Below, piece after piece: positions 19,406 to 29,551 of a stretch of DNA of 64,000 bases (positions are counted from its first letter, which is position 1; every line of letters begins with the position of its first letter). The notes beneath the pieces are model-generated. The model did no database searches. It was not told where the DNA came from and saw only the letters and a list, made by a program, of their open reading frames with translations. The stretch is from contig JAFQQD010000014.1 in NCBI GenBank assembly GCA_017411435.1, positions 20,783 to 84,782 of the forward strand, written 5' to 3'. A program made the position numbers and the translations under genes. The stretch is from Clostridia bacterium. Lineage in GTDB: Bacteria; Bacillota; Clostridia; UMGS1883.

Positions 19406-20137
19406 ATGTTTCATACAAGATTTATTGTGGCAGAAAATGCGCAGGAGGCAGGCGCTCTTGCGGCAGATATTTTTGAAAACCTTATAAATGTAAAGCCTGC
19501 GTGTGTATTAGGCCTTGCAACAGGTTCATCACCGCTTCCTATTTATGCCGAGCTTATAAAGCGCGAAAAAGAAGGAAAGATTGACTTTTCCCGTGTTCGT
19601 TCAGTAAATCTTGACGAATATAAGGGCCTTGCTCCCGACCACGAGCAGAGCTACCGCTACTTTATGCAGGAAAATCTTTTTAATCATATTTCAATCAAGC
19701 CCGAAAACACGACCGTTCCCGATGGCCTCGCAACAGATGTTGATGCTATGTGTAAGGCGTACGAGGAAAGAATCGAAGAATGGGGCGGAATAGACCTGCA
19801 GCTTCTCGGCATAGGACATGACGGTCATATCGCATTCAATGAGCCGGAAGACCACTTCCCCAAGATGACTCATGAAGTAAAGCTTACCGAAATGACCATT
19901 GAAGCTAATAAACGCTTTTTCAATTCTGCTGACGAAGTTCCCAAGAGTGCATTTACAATGGGTATCGGCACAATTATGAATGCAAAAAAGATTGTTATGA
20001 TTGTTACAGGTGCAGGCAAGAAGGAAATCCTTAAGAAATCTTTCTGGGGCAATGTTGACCCACAGGTTCCTGCTTCAATTCTTCAACTGCATCCTGATGT
20101 AACAGTTGTTTGTGATAAAGACGCATACCCTTTCTAA
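19406..20137 (+). CDS. nagB: Glucosamine-6-phosphate deaminase
   Basis: LGLATGSSP, NLDEY, GHIAFNEP, PASILQLH motifs. Confidence 0.96.
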   Translation: MFHTRFIVAENAQEAGALAADIFENLINVKPACVLGLATGSSPLPIYAELIKREKEGKIDFSRVRSVNLDEYKGLAPDHEQSYRYFMQENLFNHISIKPENTTVPDGLATDVDAMCKAYEERIEEWGGIDLQLLGIGHDGHIAFNEPEDHFPKMTHEVKLTEMTIEANKRFFNSADEVPKSAFTMGIGTIMNAKKIVMIVTGAGKKEILKKSFWGNVDPQVPASILQLHPDVTVVCDKDAYPF

Positions 20138-20173
20138 TAAGCACGATTAAATAGTGCGCCACAACTAACTAAA

Positions 20174-20214
20174 TAAAAGAAGTACGAAATACTAGCGTAT
20201 TTCGTACTTCTTTT
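20174..20214. terminator. Bidirectional terminator between convergent genes
   Basis: taaaagaagtacgaaatac-tagc-gtatttcgtacttcttttat palindrome. Confidence 0.8.
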
Positions 20215-20215
20215 A

Positions 20216-21070
20216 TTATCTTATATCTTCAACGACTCTTTCCGGAGGAGAAAGAAGCTGCTCAGGATTAGCAAGTATTCTCTTAAGCTTACGGAAAGCC
20301 GTTGCATAGTAATGACCGTCACAAATTCTGTCATCACACATAATTGTAATATCAATTACACGGCGCTTTTTAGTTTCGCCGTTCTTGTCGAGATAATACT
20401 CGGTTCTTTTTGCACCCATTGCAATAAACATGGGAAGGTTGCCGAAATCATACAAATGGTGGAAAACAGGTGGCATACCGAGTGACCCCATATTGGTTAT
20501 AAACAAAGAGCCATGGAACGGGGAAAGCTTTGTAAGAAATCTCGGAAGCAATCCGAAATAATCAAGAACCTTGAGAAATGAAACGGTTGTGCGAAGAATA
20601 ATTCGAGGAAGCTTCATAAGCCATCTCACAGCAAAGTCCATATTGTTGTGGTCGCCTTCAGCCTTGTTTTTTTCAATTTCACTGCTAAGTGTTTCATAGA
20701 TATCGGATAAAGCATTTTGTGGGGAGGCTTCAAGCTTAACAATGGTCTCAGGGGCGTTTAATTTGAGCTGCTTTTTAATAACCATGCAAATTTCAATACC
20801 GTTGCGAGCGTAAACGCGCTGACCGCGGATAAATCGGTTTATACCCGGAAGCTGCGAAACCAGACGGACATATGCCGCCATAAAAACATGTATCATACCG
20901 AGTGACTCCATACCGTTTGCTCTTTGCTCACAGATGAGCTGCTCGATTTTTTCAATATCTATTGTTGCAGAAAAACTGTTTGCAGCACCAACTCTGCTAT
21001 TCATTATGAATGGCGATACCGCATCCATAGGCATACCGCTTTTAATTCGTCTTCCTTCTTTTTTTCTCAT
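20216..21070 (-). CDS. Stand-alone 2-oxoacid dehydrogenase E2-like acyltransferase catalytic domain
   Basis: ITNMGSLG and D(D)RICDG motifs; no lipoyl domain. Confidence 0.8.
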   Translation of the reverse strand: MRKKEGRRIKSGMPMDAVSPFIMNSRVGAANSFSATIDIEKIEQLICEQRANGMESLGMIHVFMAAYVRLVSQLPGINRFIRGQRVYARNGIEICMVIKKQLKLNAPETIVKLEASPQNALSDIYETLSSEIEKNKAEGDHNNMDFAVRWLMKLPRIILRTTVSFLKVLDYFGLLPRFLTKLSPFHGSLFITNMGSLGMPPVFHHLYDFGNLPMFIAMGAKRTEYYLDKNGETKKRRVIDITIMCDDRICDGHYYATAFRKLKRILANPEQLLSPPERVVEDIR

Positions 21071-21168
21071 TATAACAACACCCCATTTTATTACATTTTA
21101 TCATAAATTACATCAAAATTCAAGAAAAAGTAATAAACTGTTCAAAATGTTTTTTTAATTATAAAATG

Positions 21169-21197
21169 TTTACTTTAAGATAATGATATGTTATAAT
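21169..21197 (+). promoter_or_regulatory. Sigma-A promoter of fprA-rubredoxin
   Basis: TTTACT-17 bp-TATAAT with extended TG. Confidence 0.6.
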
Positions 21198-21221
21198 AAA
21201 TCTGTTTAAGGAGGTAATAAT

Positions 21222-22373
21222 ATGTATGTTTCAAACGATATCAAATATATAGGTGTAAACGACCACGATATAGATTTGTTCGAAGGACAGTATGTGGTGC
21301 CGAACGGAATGTCCTATAACTCATACGCAATAATTGATAAAAAAATTGCAATAATGGATACTGTTGATGCACGCTTTACTGATGAGTGGCTTGATAATAT
21401 AAAAAACACTCTTGGTGAAAAAAGCCCTGACTATCTTGTCGTGCAGCACATGGAACCTGACCATTCGGCAAATATTGTCAGTTTTGTAAATGCCTATCCT
21501 GAAGCAAAGATTGTTTCTTCCTCAAAGGCATTTGTGATGATGAAACAATTTTTCGGTATAGATTTTAAGGACAAGCAGATAGTAGTAGGAGAAGGGGATA
21601 CTCTTTCTCTAGGTACGCACAATCTTACTTTTGTAACAGCGCCCATGGTTCACTGGCCTGAAGTAATCGTTACTTACGATGACAAGGATAAGGTGCTTTT
21701 CTCTGCAGACGGATTTGGTAAATTCGGAGCTCTTGACATTGAGGAAGACTGGGCGTGTGAGGCAAGACGCTACTATATCGGAATTGTAGGTAAATACGGT
21801 GCACAGGTGCAGGCTCTTCTTAAAAAGGCGGCATCACTTGACATTAAAAAAATCTGTCCTTTGCACGGACCTGTGCTTAGTGAGGATTTGGGCTATTATA
21901 TAAATCTTTATGACATCTGGTCAAGCTATAAAACCGAGAGCGAAGGTGTTGTAATCGCCTATACATCCGTTTACGGAAACACGAAAAAGGCAGTCAGGAT
22001 TCTTCAACTTGTACTTGAAGAAATGGGAATGAAGGTAGCTGTGAATGACCTTGCCCGCTGCGATATGGCGGAAGCCGTTGAAGACGCTTTCAGATACGGG
22101 AAAATAGTTCTTGCGACAACAACATATAATAACGATATATTCCCGTTTATGCGCGAGTTTATAAATCATCTGACCGAGCGTAATTTCCAGAATAAGACAG
22201 TTGCACTTATTGAAAACGGTTCATGGGCACCGACTGCAGCAAATACCATGAAGAAAATGCTTGAAAACTGTAAGAACATTACATTTACAGATTCAACGGT
22301 GAAGATTATGTCAGCGCTCAGCGAAGAAAATGAAGAACAGCTTGTTTCGCTTGCGAAAGAACTGTTAAAATAA
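21222..22373 (+). CDS. fprA: Flavodiiron protein (FprA family)
   Basis: HMEPDH, HWPE, SADGFG, PLHGP metallo-beta-lactamase ligands plus flavodoxin domain (YTSVYGNT). Confidence 0.95.
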   Translation: MYVSNDIKYIGVNDHDIDLFEGQYVVPNGMSYNSYAIIDKKIAIMDTVDARFTDEWLDNIKNTLGEKSPDYLVVQHMEPDHSANIVSFVNAYPEAKIVSSSKAFVMMKQFFGIDFKDKQIVVGEGDTLSLGTHNLTFVTAPMVHWPEVIVTYDDKDKVLFSADGFGKFGALDIEEDWACEARRYYIGIVGKYGAQVQALLKKAASLDIKKICPLHGPVLSEDLGYYINLYDIWSSYKTESEGVVIAYTSVYGNTKKAVRILQLVLEEMGMKVAVNDLARCDMAEAVEDAFRYGKIVLATTTYNNDIFPFMREFINHLTERNFQNKTVALIENGSWAPTAANTMKKMLENCKNITFTDSTVKIMSALSEENEEQLVSLAKELLK

Positions 22374-22404
22374 AAATTATTTATATTAGAAGGAGAAAAT
22401 TATT

Positions 22405-22563
22405 ATGAAAAAGTATGTATGCGATGTTTGTGGATGGGTTTATGATGAAGAAGCAGGCTCTCCCGAAAACGGAATCGAAGCAGGTACAAAGTTCGAAGAC
22501 CTGCCTGACGATTTTGTCTGCCCCCTTTGCGGAGTAGGTAAGGAAAGCTTCAGCGAAGAGTAA
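22405..22563 (+). CDS. Rubredoxin (not in ORF track)
   Basis: [14 protein letters not shown]...[13 protein letters not shown], two CxxC motifs; RBS aaggag. Confidence 0.95.
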   Translation: MKKYVCDVCGWVYDEEAGSPENGIEAGTKFEDLPDDFVCPLCGVGKESFSEE

Positions 22564-22842
22564 GTAACCGAAAGAGAGTAATCCGAACCTGCCTAAAATG
22601 GCGAAATTTCGGTATCTTTCGGCTTGTCATCCTTGCAAGGCATCAAGCCTTGCTTCCTCTTCCGCACCAAAATCTACTCAAAATTTCATCCGTTTTAGGT
22701 CGATGGAATTTTTAGAGAGCAGATTTTTGATTGCGGAAGGCAAAAACACAGGTAATCCTGACGGATTACCGAGTATTTTAACACATCGGAAGCGAAAATC
22801 CGCCTCTAAAAATCAGAGTTCGGATTATTCCCTTTCGGTTAC
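22564..22842. mobile_element. MITE-like element (279 bp)
   Basis: 25-bp terminal inverted repeats gtaaccgaaag(a/g)ga(g/a)taatccgaac (23/25). Internal 15-mer atcctgacggattac shared, inverted, with the element at 5102. Confidence 0.6.
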
Positions 22843-22888
22843 AAATACGGGAGACAACTCCCGTATTTTACATAAAGGGTTGTTTGTT

Positions 22889-23641
22889 ATGCAAATGGTA
22901 TTACTCACAGCGCTCGGCGTTGGCGGAGCTACTGTCATAGGCGCGATAATAGGCTTTTTATTTAAGTCAGTATCGCATAAATTTTCGGATATAGTTCTTT
23001 CTTTTGCGGCAGGAATAATGCTTTCTGCTGCAGTTTTGGGACTTATCGTTCCGTCTCTTGAATACGGCGGAAGATACGGGCTGTTTATAACAGTTTCAGG
23101 AATTTTTGTGGGTGCAATATGCCTTAATATGGTGGACAAGCTGGTTCCTCATCTTCACAAGCTTGTTGGAAGCGATATTGAAGAACACCCAAATGCAGAT
23201 TTAAGTAAGATACTCCTTTTTGTTATGGCGATTGCCATACACAACCTTCCCGAGGGGATTGCGGCAGGAGTAGGATTTGGCTCAGGCGATGTCTCTCAGG
23301 CACTTTTAATCGCAGGCGGTATTGCCCTGCAGAACATTCCTGAAGGTATGGTAATTATTGCCCCGATGCTTGCGGCAGGTGTAAGTCCTTCGAAAACATT
23401 TATCTGTGCTATGCTCACAGGTGTTGTGGAAGTGATAGGAACACTGATTGGCTATTTTGCAGTAAGCATTTCTGTTATTGTTTTGCCGTTTGCTCTTGCA
23501 TTTGCAGGCGGGACAATGCTTTATGTAATAAGTGACGAAATGATTCCCGAAACACATGCTCACGGTAACGAACGCGGGGCGACCTACGCACTTCTGGTAG
23601 GTTTTTGCGTCATGCTCATAAGTGATGTGCTTTTAGGTTAG
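22889..23641 (+). CDS. ZIP-family metal transporter
   Basis: IHNLPEG and LQNIPEG motifs. The upstream in-frame extension lies in the MITE; likely start ATG 22889. Confidence 0.9.
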   Translation: MQMVLLTALGVGGATVIGAIIGFLFKSVSHKFSDIVLSFAAGIMLSAAVLGLIVPSLEYGGRYGLFITVSGIFVGAICLNMVDKLVPHLHKLVGSDIEEHPNADLSKILLFVMAIAIHNLPEGIAAGVGFGSGDVSQALLIAGGIALQNIPEGMVIIAPMLAAGVSPSKTFICAMLTGVVEVIGTLIGYFAVSISVIVLPFALAFAGGTMLYVISDEMIPETHAHGNERGATYALLVGFCVMLISDVLLG

Positions 23642-23649
23642 GTGATAAA

Positions 23650-24999
23650 ATGTACGCTCAGGACTCTTTTGAAAAAGTGAATAAAATCGCAAACCTTGTA
23701 AAAGAGCAGGGCGGCACAGCTTATTTTGTTGGCGGATTCGTCCGCGACAGACTGCTTGAAAAAGAAAACAAGGACATTGATATTGAGGTGCACGGAATCA
23801 GTCCCGACACGCTTGAAAAAATACTCGACAGCGTAGGAAATCGTATGGAAATCGGCAAAAGTTTTGGCGTGTATAGTCTTTGTGGGACAAACATCGATAT
23901 TGCTATGCCCCGGAAAGAAACCGCCACCGGAACGGGACACCGTGATTTCAAGATAGATGTTGAGCCTTTCATCGGCACTCAGAATGCCGCAAGAAGGCGT
24001 GATTTTACGATAAATTCCATTATGCAGGATATACTCACGGGAGAAATTGTTGACCACTTTGGCGGACAAAAGGATTTGCGCGAAGGAATACTTCGTCATG
24101 TGAATAGCGACTCCTTCTCCGAAGATCCCTTAAGAGTTTTGAGGGCGGCGCAGTTTGCGGCAAGGTTCAATCTTGAAATAGCGCCTGAAACGCTTGCTCT
24201 CTGTAAGGGAATTGATATCAGCACTCTCTCATCGGAAAGGGTTTTGGAAGAGCTAAAAAAGGCTCTGCTCAAGGCAGAAAAACCGTCAGTCTTCTTTGAA
24301 ACTCTTAAAAAAATGAATAAACTTTCCCCTTGGTTTAGTGAGGTAGAAAAGCTCATAGGAGTACCGCAGAGCACCATTTATCATAAAGAGGGCGATGTTT
24401 ATACTCATACAATGATGGTGCTCGATGAGGCAGCAAAAATGCAAAATACTGCACAGGAACCCTTTTACTTTATGCTTTCGGCGCTTGTGCACGATTTTGG
24501 AAAAATTAATTCTACCAGTTTTTATAATGGAAATTACCACGCAACAGGGCACGAAGAAGCAGGCGTATTTATTGCAGGGGAGTTCCTTCGAAAAATTACA
24601 AATGAAAGCGCTCTTATAAGCTATGTGCTGAATATGACTGCACTTCATACAAAGCCCCGTATGATTGTCGATGATAATTCCTCGGTAAAAGCATCAAATA
24701 AAATGTTTGATACTTCTGAAAATCCGCGTGACCTTATAAAACTTTCGCTGTGTGACGGTCTGGGAAAAATTCCCCGCAAACCGATAGCACACGCAGAAGC
24801 ATTTTTAATTAAACGACTTGAAATTTACAATGAATATATGGCGCGTCCGTATGTAACGGGACAGGACCTCATAAATGCAGGTATGTCCCCAGGAAAAGAG
24901 TTTTCAGAGCTTCTTTCCTACGCTCACAAGATGCGTCTTGCAGGAATAATGAAAGAGACGGCTCTTTCTATGGTGATGGCAGAGGCAAGGAAAAAGTAA
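23650..24999 (+). CDS. tRNA nucleotidyltransferase (CCA-adding family) with HD domain
   Basis: VGG.VRD, DID, RRDFTIN, EDPLRVLRA and HDFGK motifs. Confidence 0.9.
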   Translation: MYAQDSFEKVNKIANLVKEQGGTAYFVGGFVRDRLLEKENKDIDIEVHGISPDTLEKILDSVGNRMEIGKSFGVYSLCGTNIDIAMPRKETATGTGHRDFKIDVEPFIGTQNAARRRDFTINSIMQDILTGEIVDHFGGQKDLREGILRHVNSDSFSEDPLRVLRAAQFAARFNLEIAPETLALCKGIDISTLSSERVLEELKKALLKAEKPSVFFETLKKMNKLSPWFSEVEKLIGVPQSTIYHKEGDVYTHTMMVLDEAAKMQNTAQEPFYFMLSALVHDFGKINSTSFYNGNYHATGHEEAGVFIAGEFLRKITNESALISYVLNMTALHTKPRMIVDDNSSVKASNKMFDTSENPRDLIKLSLCDGLGKIPRKPIAHAEAFLIKRLEIYNEYMARPYVTGQDLINAGMSPGKEFSELLSYAHKMRLAGIMKETALSMVMAEARKK

Positions 25000-25129
25000 T
25001 TCAATTTTCCCTATTTCTTATACTATTTTCCAATACGGTTGATAAGGCGAAAACTTCGTTATATAATAAAATAGCATGATAGTAGTGATGTAATTGCGCT
25101 TATTTTTTATAAAAGGGAGAGGAAGTTTT

Positions 25130-26371
25130 ATGGTATTTGGAAATGTAATGGTAGGGCAGTCGGGCGGTCCGACAGCGGTTATCAATTCAAGTCTTGCAGG
25201 TGTTTTTCAAACAGCCCGAGACAGTGGTTGTAAAAAAATTTACGGAATGGTAAACGGTATTGAGGGCCTTTATTATGGCAACTATGTTGATGTGTCAGAC
25301 TATATCAAGACTAACCTTGATATAGAACTACTGAAAAGAACTCCGGCATCATTTTTAGGCACCTGCAGATATAAGCTCCCATGTGTTGATTCCAACGCAG
25401 AAGTTTACGAAAAAATATTCGAAACATTGAAAAAACTCGACATTAAGTATTTTTTCTATATCGGCGGAAACGACTCAATGGATACCATAATGAAACTCTC
25501 GCATTATGCAGAAAATATCGGCTCTGACATCCGTTTTATCGGTATACCAAAAACTATTGATAACGACCTTGATATGACAGACCATACTCCAGGATACGGC
25601 TCTGCGGCTAAATATATTGCCACAGCAATAAAAGAAATTATATGCGATGCCAATACATATATCACAGACTCTATAACAGTTGTCGAAATTATGGGTAGAA
25701 ATGCAGGATGGCTTACAGCGGCATCATCACTTTCAAAATGCGAAGACTGTGAAGGACCTGACCTTATTTATCTTCCTGAGCGCACATTTGACCACGATGC
25801 ATTTTTGAATAAAGTTAATGAAATCAAAAAACGAAAAAAAGTCGTGACAATCGCCGTATCGGAAGGCGTCAAAATGAAAGACGGAAGATATGTCTGCGAA
25901 GCTAATAAGAGAAATACGGTTACGGACTCGTTCGGCCATAAGCTTCTTGGCGGTACAGCGATGTATCTTTCAGACTTCCTTATGGAAAATACGGGTATAA
26001 AGTCAAGAGGTATTGTTTTTTCAACTCTACAGCGATGTGCATCACATATGGTGTCGCGCTGCGATATATCAGAGGCGTATATGGCAGGTGCCGATGCGGT
26101 AGTTTCTGCACTTGACGGCGAAACAGGAAAGATGATAGTTTTTAACCGTGTTTCAAACACCCCATATTCTATTGCAACAGGTCTTATCAATATAGATAAA
26201 ATTGCAAATAAAGAAAAATGTGTGCCTGACAGCATGATAAATAGTGACGGCATAGGAGTAACAAAGGAATTTTATGATTACGCCCGACCGCTTATAATAG
26301 GCGAACTGCCTCCTTTCATTGTTGACGGTCTACCGAGACATTTGCGTTTGCAGGATAAAAAATTCGAGTGA
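25130..26371 (+). CDS. 6-phosphofructokinase, probably PPi-dependent
   Basis: GQSGGPT, GGNDS (Asp typical of PPi type), PKTIDND, MGRNAG motifs. Confidence 0.9.
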   Translation: MVFGNVMVGQSGGPTAVINSSLAGVFQTARDSGCKKIYGMVNGIEGLYYGNYVDVSDYIKTNLDIELLKRTPASFLGTCRYKLPCVDSNAEVYEKIFETLKKLDIKYFFYIGGNDSMDTIMKLSHYAENIGSDIRFIGIPKTIDNDLDMTDHTPGYGSAAKYIATAIKEIICDANTYITDSITVVEIMGRNAGWLTAASSLSKCEDCEGPDLIYLPERTFDHDAFLNKVNEIKKRKKVVTIAVSEGVKMKDGRYVCEANKRNTVTDSFGHKLLGGTAMYLSDFLMENTGIKSRGIVFSTLQRCASHMVSRCDISEAYMAGADAVVSALDGETGKMIVFNRVSNTPYSIATGLINIDKIANKEKCVPDSMINSDGIGVTKEFYDYARPLIIGELPPFIVDGLPRHLRLQDKKFE

Positions 26372-26417
26372 CAGCTTGCGGAATATAAATTTGCTAAAGA
26401 GGAGAATTACAAAAAAC

Positions 26418-27293
26418 ATGAAGAAATCCTATTTTTATGCAGGAGTATCAATCTTTTGCTGGTCAACTGTAGCAACTACCTGTAAACTGCTTCTGGGCGA
26501 AATCAACAGCGCTCAACTTTTGTGGATGAATTCCTTGATTGCCGGATTATTTCTGCTTATCGTAAATATATGCAATGGGAATTTCAGAATACACAGACAA
26601 TATAAGATAAAAGACTATCTGATTATGGCGGCTATTGGCCTTCCCGGAACATTTTTTTATTATATTTTCTATTATTCCGGAACAGATATTTTGCCAGCGT
26701 CTCAGGCATTTGTCATTAATTATCTGTGGCCTATTATGAGTGTGTTATTTGCGTGTATCATTTTAAGAGAAAGATTGACTTTAAGAAAAATAGTGGCAAT
26801 TATTATCTCTTTCTTAGGCGTTGCTATTGTAATAGGAAACTCAATAAAGGGTTTCGATACTAAGACATTGCTCGGTGCGATATATTGTATATTAGGCGCT
26901 GTATCTTATGGCGTTTTTACTGCGCTCAACCAGAAAATGAATTATAATAAAACTATGACATTGATGGTAAGCTACTTTGCTACCTTTATAATTACAACTG
27001 TTATGAATTATATAAATTCCGATTTGTTCCTTGCAAAATTCGGGCAGATGGCAGGATTTTTGTGGAACGGAATATTTGCAGTAGCGATAGCGAATTTGTG
27101 CTGGGTGACTGCACTTAAAAAAGGGGAGACGGCAAAAATATCAAATCTTGCATACATAACTCCGTTTGTTTCAAGTGTGTGGACAGCCGTCTTCCTGAAA
27201 GAAAAAACAACTGTAAATTTGATTGCAGGATTATTGGTTATTATACTGGGCATCTTTATTCAGATGAAAGATAGTGACAAGAAAAAGGTATAA
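26418..27293 (+). CDS. DMT/EamA family transporter
   Basis: About 10 hydrophobic segments, INYLWP, LKE motifs, two-repeat architecture. Confidence 0.88.
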   Translation: MKKSYFYAGVSIFCWSTVATTCKLLLGEINSAQLLWMNSLIAGLFLLIVNICNGNFRIHRQYKIKDYLIMAAIGLPGTFFYYIFYYSGTDILPASQAFVINYLWPIMSVLFACIILRERLTLRKIVAIIISFLGVAIVIGNSIKGFDTKTLLGAIYCILGAVSYGVFTALNQKMNYNKTMTLMVSYFATFIITTVMNYINSDLFLAKFGQMAGFLWNGIFAVAIANLCWVTALKKGETAKISNLAYITPFVSSVWTAVFLKEKTTVNLIAGLLVIILGIFIQMKDSDKKKV

Positions 27294-27310
27294 TGAAAGG
27301 AGAAAACAAA

Positions 27311-28153
27311 ATGAGAGTACTAATGATAGGCGCCCATCAGGACGATAATGAGTTTGAATCAGGAGGACTTGCCTCAAAACTTATTAAAAACGGACATACC
27401 GTACAGTTTTTGAGTATGTGCAACGGTTGCGGAGGGCATCATAAATTAAGCCCGAAGAAGATATCAAAGCGCAGAGCAAAAGAATCTGCCGAGGTTGCAA
27501 AGCTTCTTGGTATAAAGTATGATATTTGGAATAACAATGACTGTAATCTTGTTGCAGATCTTAAAACAAGAAAGCGCACAATACGCTATATAAGAGAGTT
27601 TAATCCTGATCTTATTATAACTCACAGAACTGTTGACTATATGCCCGACCATCGTGCGACTGCACAGCTTGTGCAGGATGCATCATATCTGCTCACTGTC
27701 CCCAATGAATGTGCAGATGTGCCGGCAATGCGCTTTATGCCCGTTATCATGTGCAGTGAGGACAAATTTACAAATCCGGTATTCAGACCCGACTTAGTTG
27801 TTGATATTGATAGTGAAGTGGATGTCAAGCTCCAGATTGCAAATATCAATGTGTCTCAGGTTTATGAGTGGCTTCCTTATACATATGGTGAAGAAGTTCC
27901 CGAGGGTAAGGAGGAGCGCTTCCGTTGGCTTTGCGGTATGGAAGTAACATCTGATACAACAGATGAAGAAATTATGTCAGCAGGCAGAGGTTATGCTATT
28001 CGCTATGCAAAGCCTGCAGCTCGCCACAGACAAAGGCTCATTGAACTTTACGGCGAAGAGCGAGGCAGCAAAATCCGTTTTGCTGAGGCTTATGAGATAA
28101 GCGAATACGGAAGCCCAATGACAGAAGAAATGAGAAAAGAATTGCTTAAGTAG
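27311..28153 (+). CDS. PIG-L/LmbE family deacetylase
   Basis: AHQDDNE and DY.PDH motifs. Confidence 0.9.
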   Translation: MRVLMIGAHQDDNEFESGGLASKLIKNGHTVQFLSMCNGCGGHHKLSPKKISKRRAKESAEVAKLLGIKYDIWNNNDCNLVADLKTRKRTIRYIREFNPDLIITHRTVDYMPDHRATAQLVQDASYLLTVPNECADVPAMRFMPVIMCSEDKFTNPVFRPDLVVDIDSEVDVKLQIANINVSQVYEWLPYTYGEEVPEGKEERFRWLCGMEVTSDTTDEEIMSAGRGYAIRYAKPAARHRQRLIELYGEERGSKIRFAEAYEISEYGSPMTEEMRKELLK

Positions 28154-28163
28154 AGGGAAAATT

Positions 28164-29537
28164 ATGCTGAAGAAATGGTTTGGACCAACCGATATGACAA
28201 CAGGAAGTCCATGGAAAAAGATACTGATGTTTACAATGCCGATGATTATCGGAAACATTGCTCAGCAGCTTTACAGCACTGTTGACAGTATTGTTGTAGG
28301 AAAATATGTAGGCGATAATGCACTTGCCGCAGTGGGTAGCTCTATGCCAATTCTTAATATGCTTCTGGTACTTTTTATCGGTATATCAGTAGGCGCAAAT
28401 ATTATGGCGGCACAGTATTTCGGTGCACAAAGCCGTGAGAAGCTCTCACACGCTATCGGTACTTGTATTACTGTTACTGCGATTGCGTGTGTTGCGCTCA
28501 TAATTGTGGCAACACCTTTTATAAGGCCGATACTTATTGCATTAAATACGCCCGACTCAATTCTTGACTGGTGTGCAGATTACCTTACAATATCTCTTGT
28601 CGGAATTGCAGGTATGGCATACTACAATATTTTAAGTGGTATTATCCGCGGTATGGGAGATTCCGTTTCAGCACTTTTATATCTGCTTGTTGCAACTGTT
28701 GTAAATATTGTATTGGATATTTATTTTGTAGCAGGGCTTAATATGGGTGTAGCAGGTGTTGCACTTGCTACCGTTATTGCACAGATTATTTCCTCAGTGC
28801 TCTGCTTTATAAAGCTTTCCAGAATGAGGCAGAATTTCGATTTTGGAACAAAATATCTTGCTCCTAAGCGCATATATGTGAAAACACTAATAAAGCTTGG
28901 ACTTCCGTCAGGTATTACGCAGATGATAATGTCCTCTGCAATGATAGTTGTTCAATCTCTTACAAATCAGTTTGGTGAGCTTTTTATTGCCGCAAATGTC
29001 GTTATTATGCGTGTTGACGGATTTGCAATGATGCCAAACCTTTCTTTCGGTACGGCGATGAGCACCTACGCGGGACAGAATGTCGGCGCAAATCGCTACG
29101 ACAGGGTAAAGGAAGGCGCAAAGCAGGGACTTATTATAGCGGTTACGACTGCTACACTTATAACGATTCTTATTCTTATTTTCGGCAAGTCACTTATGCA
29201 TATGTTTACCAAAACGCCCGAACTTGTGAATATGAGCTATGACCTTATGAAAATCCTCGCCGTAGGATATATCGCGATGGCAGTCACGCAAAGTCTTTCC
29301 GGAGTTATGCGCGGCGCAGGCGATACGGTAAGTCCTATGTGGATTTCGCTTATTACCACAATCGGACTTCGCGTTCCGCTGGCATATCTGATTTCCTATC
29401 TCACAAGAACGCCCGAGCTTCCTTATGGTATAAAAGAGTGTATACAGATTTCGCTCGTTACAGCCTGGATTATAGGCGCTGTTGTAACTACGATTTTCTA
29501 TGTAAGAGGAAAATGGAGAAGTAAAGCAATAAAATAA
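28164..29537 (+). CDS. MATE family efflux transporter
   Basis: DMTTG.P, QQLYS.VD, RG.GDS, GVAG.ALAT motifs. Confidence 0.95.
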   Translation: MLKKWFGPTDMTTGSPWKKILMFTMPMIIGNIAQQLYSTVDSIVVGKYVGDNALAAVGSSMPILNMLLVLFIGISVGANIMAAQYFGAQSREKLSHAIGTCITVTAIACVALIIVATPFIRPILIALNTPDSILDWCADYLTISLVGIAGMAYYNILSGIIRGMGDSVSALLYLLVATVVNIVLDIYFVAGLNMGVAGVALATVIAQIISSVLCFIKLSRMRQNFDFGTKYLAPKRIYVKTLIKLGLPSGITQMIMSSAMIVVQSLTNQFGELFIAANVVIMRVDGFAMMPNLSFGTAMSTYAGQNVGANRYDRVKEGAKQGLIIAVTTATLITILILIFGKSLMHMFTKTPELVNMSYDLMKILAVGYIAMAVTQSLSGVMRGAGDTVSPMWISLITTIGLRVPLAYLISYLTRTPELPYGIKECIQISLVTAWIIGAVVTTIFYVRGKWRSKAIK

Positions 29538-29551
29538 AAGGGGAGAAAACA

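Noticed and set aside
22598-22888. 97-aa N-terminal extension of the ZIP transporter
   Set aside because: It lies within the MITE and a terminator; fortuitous open frame.
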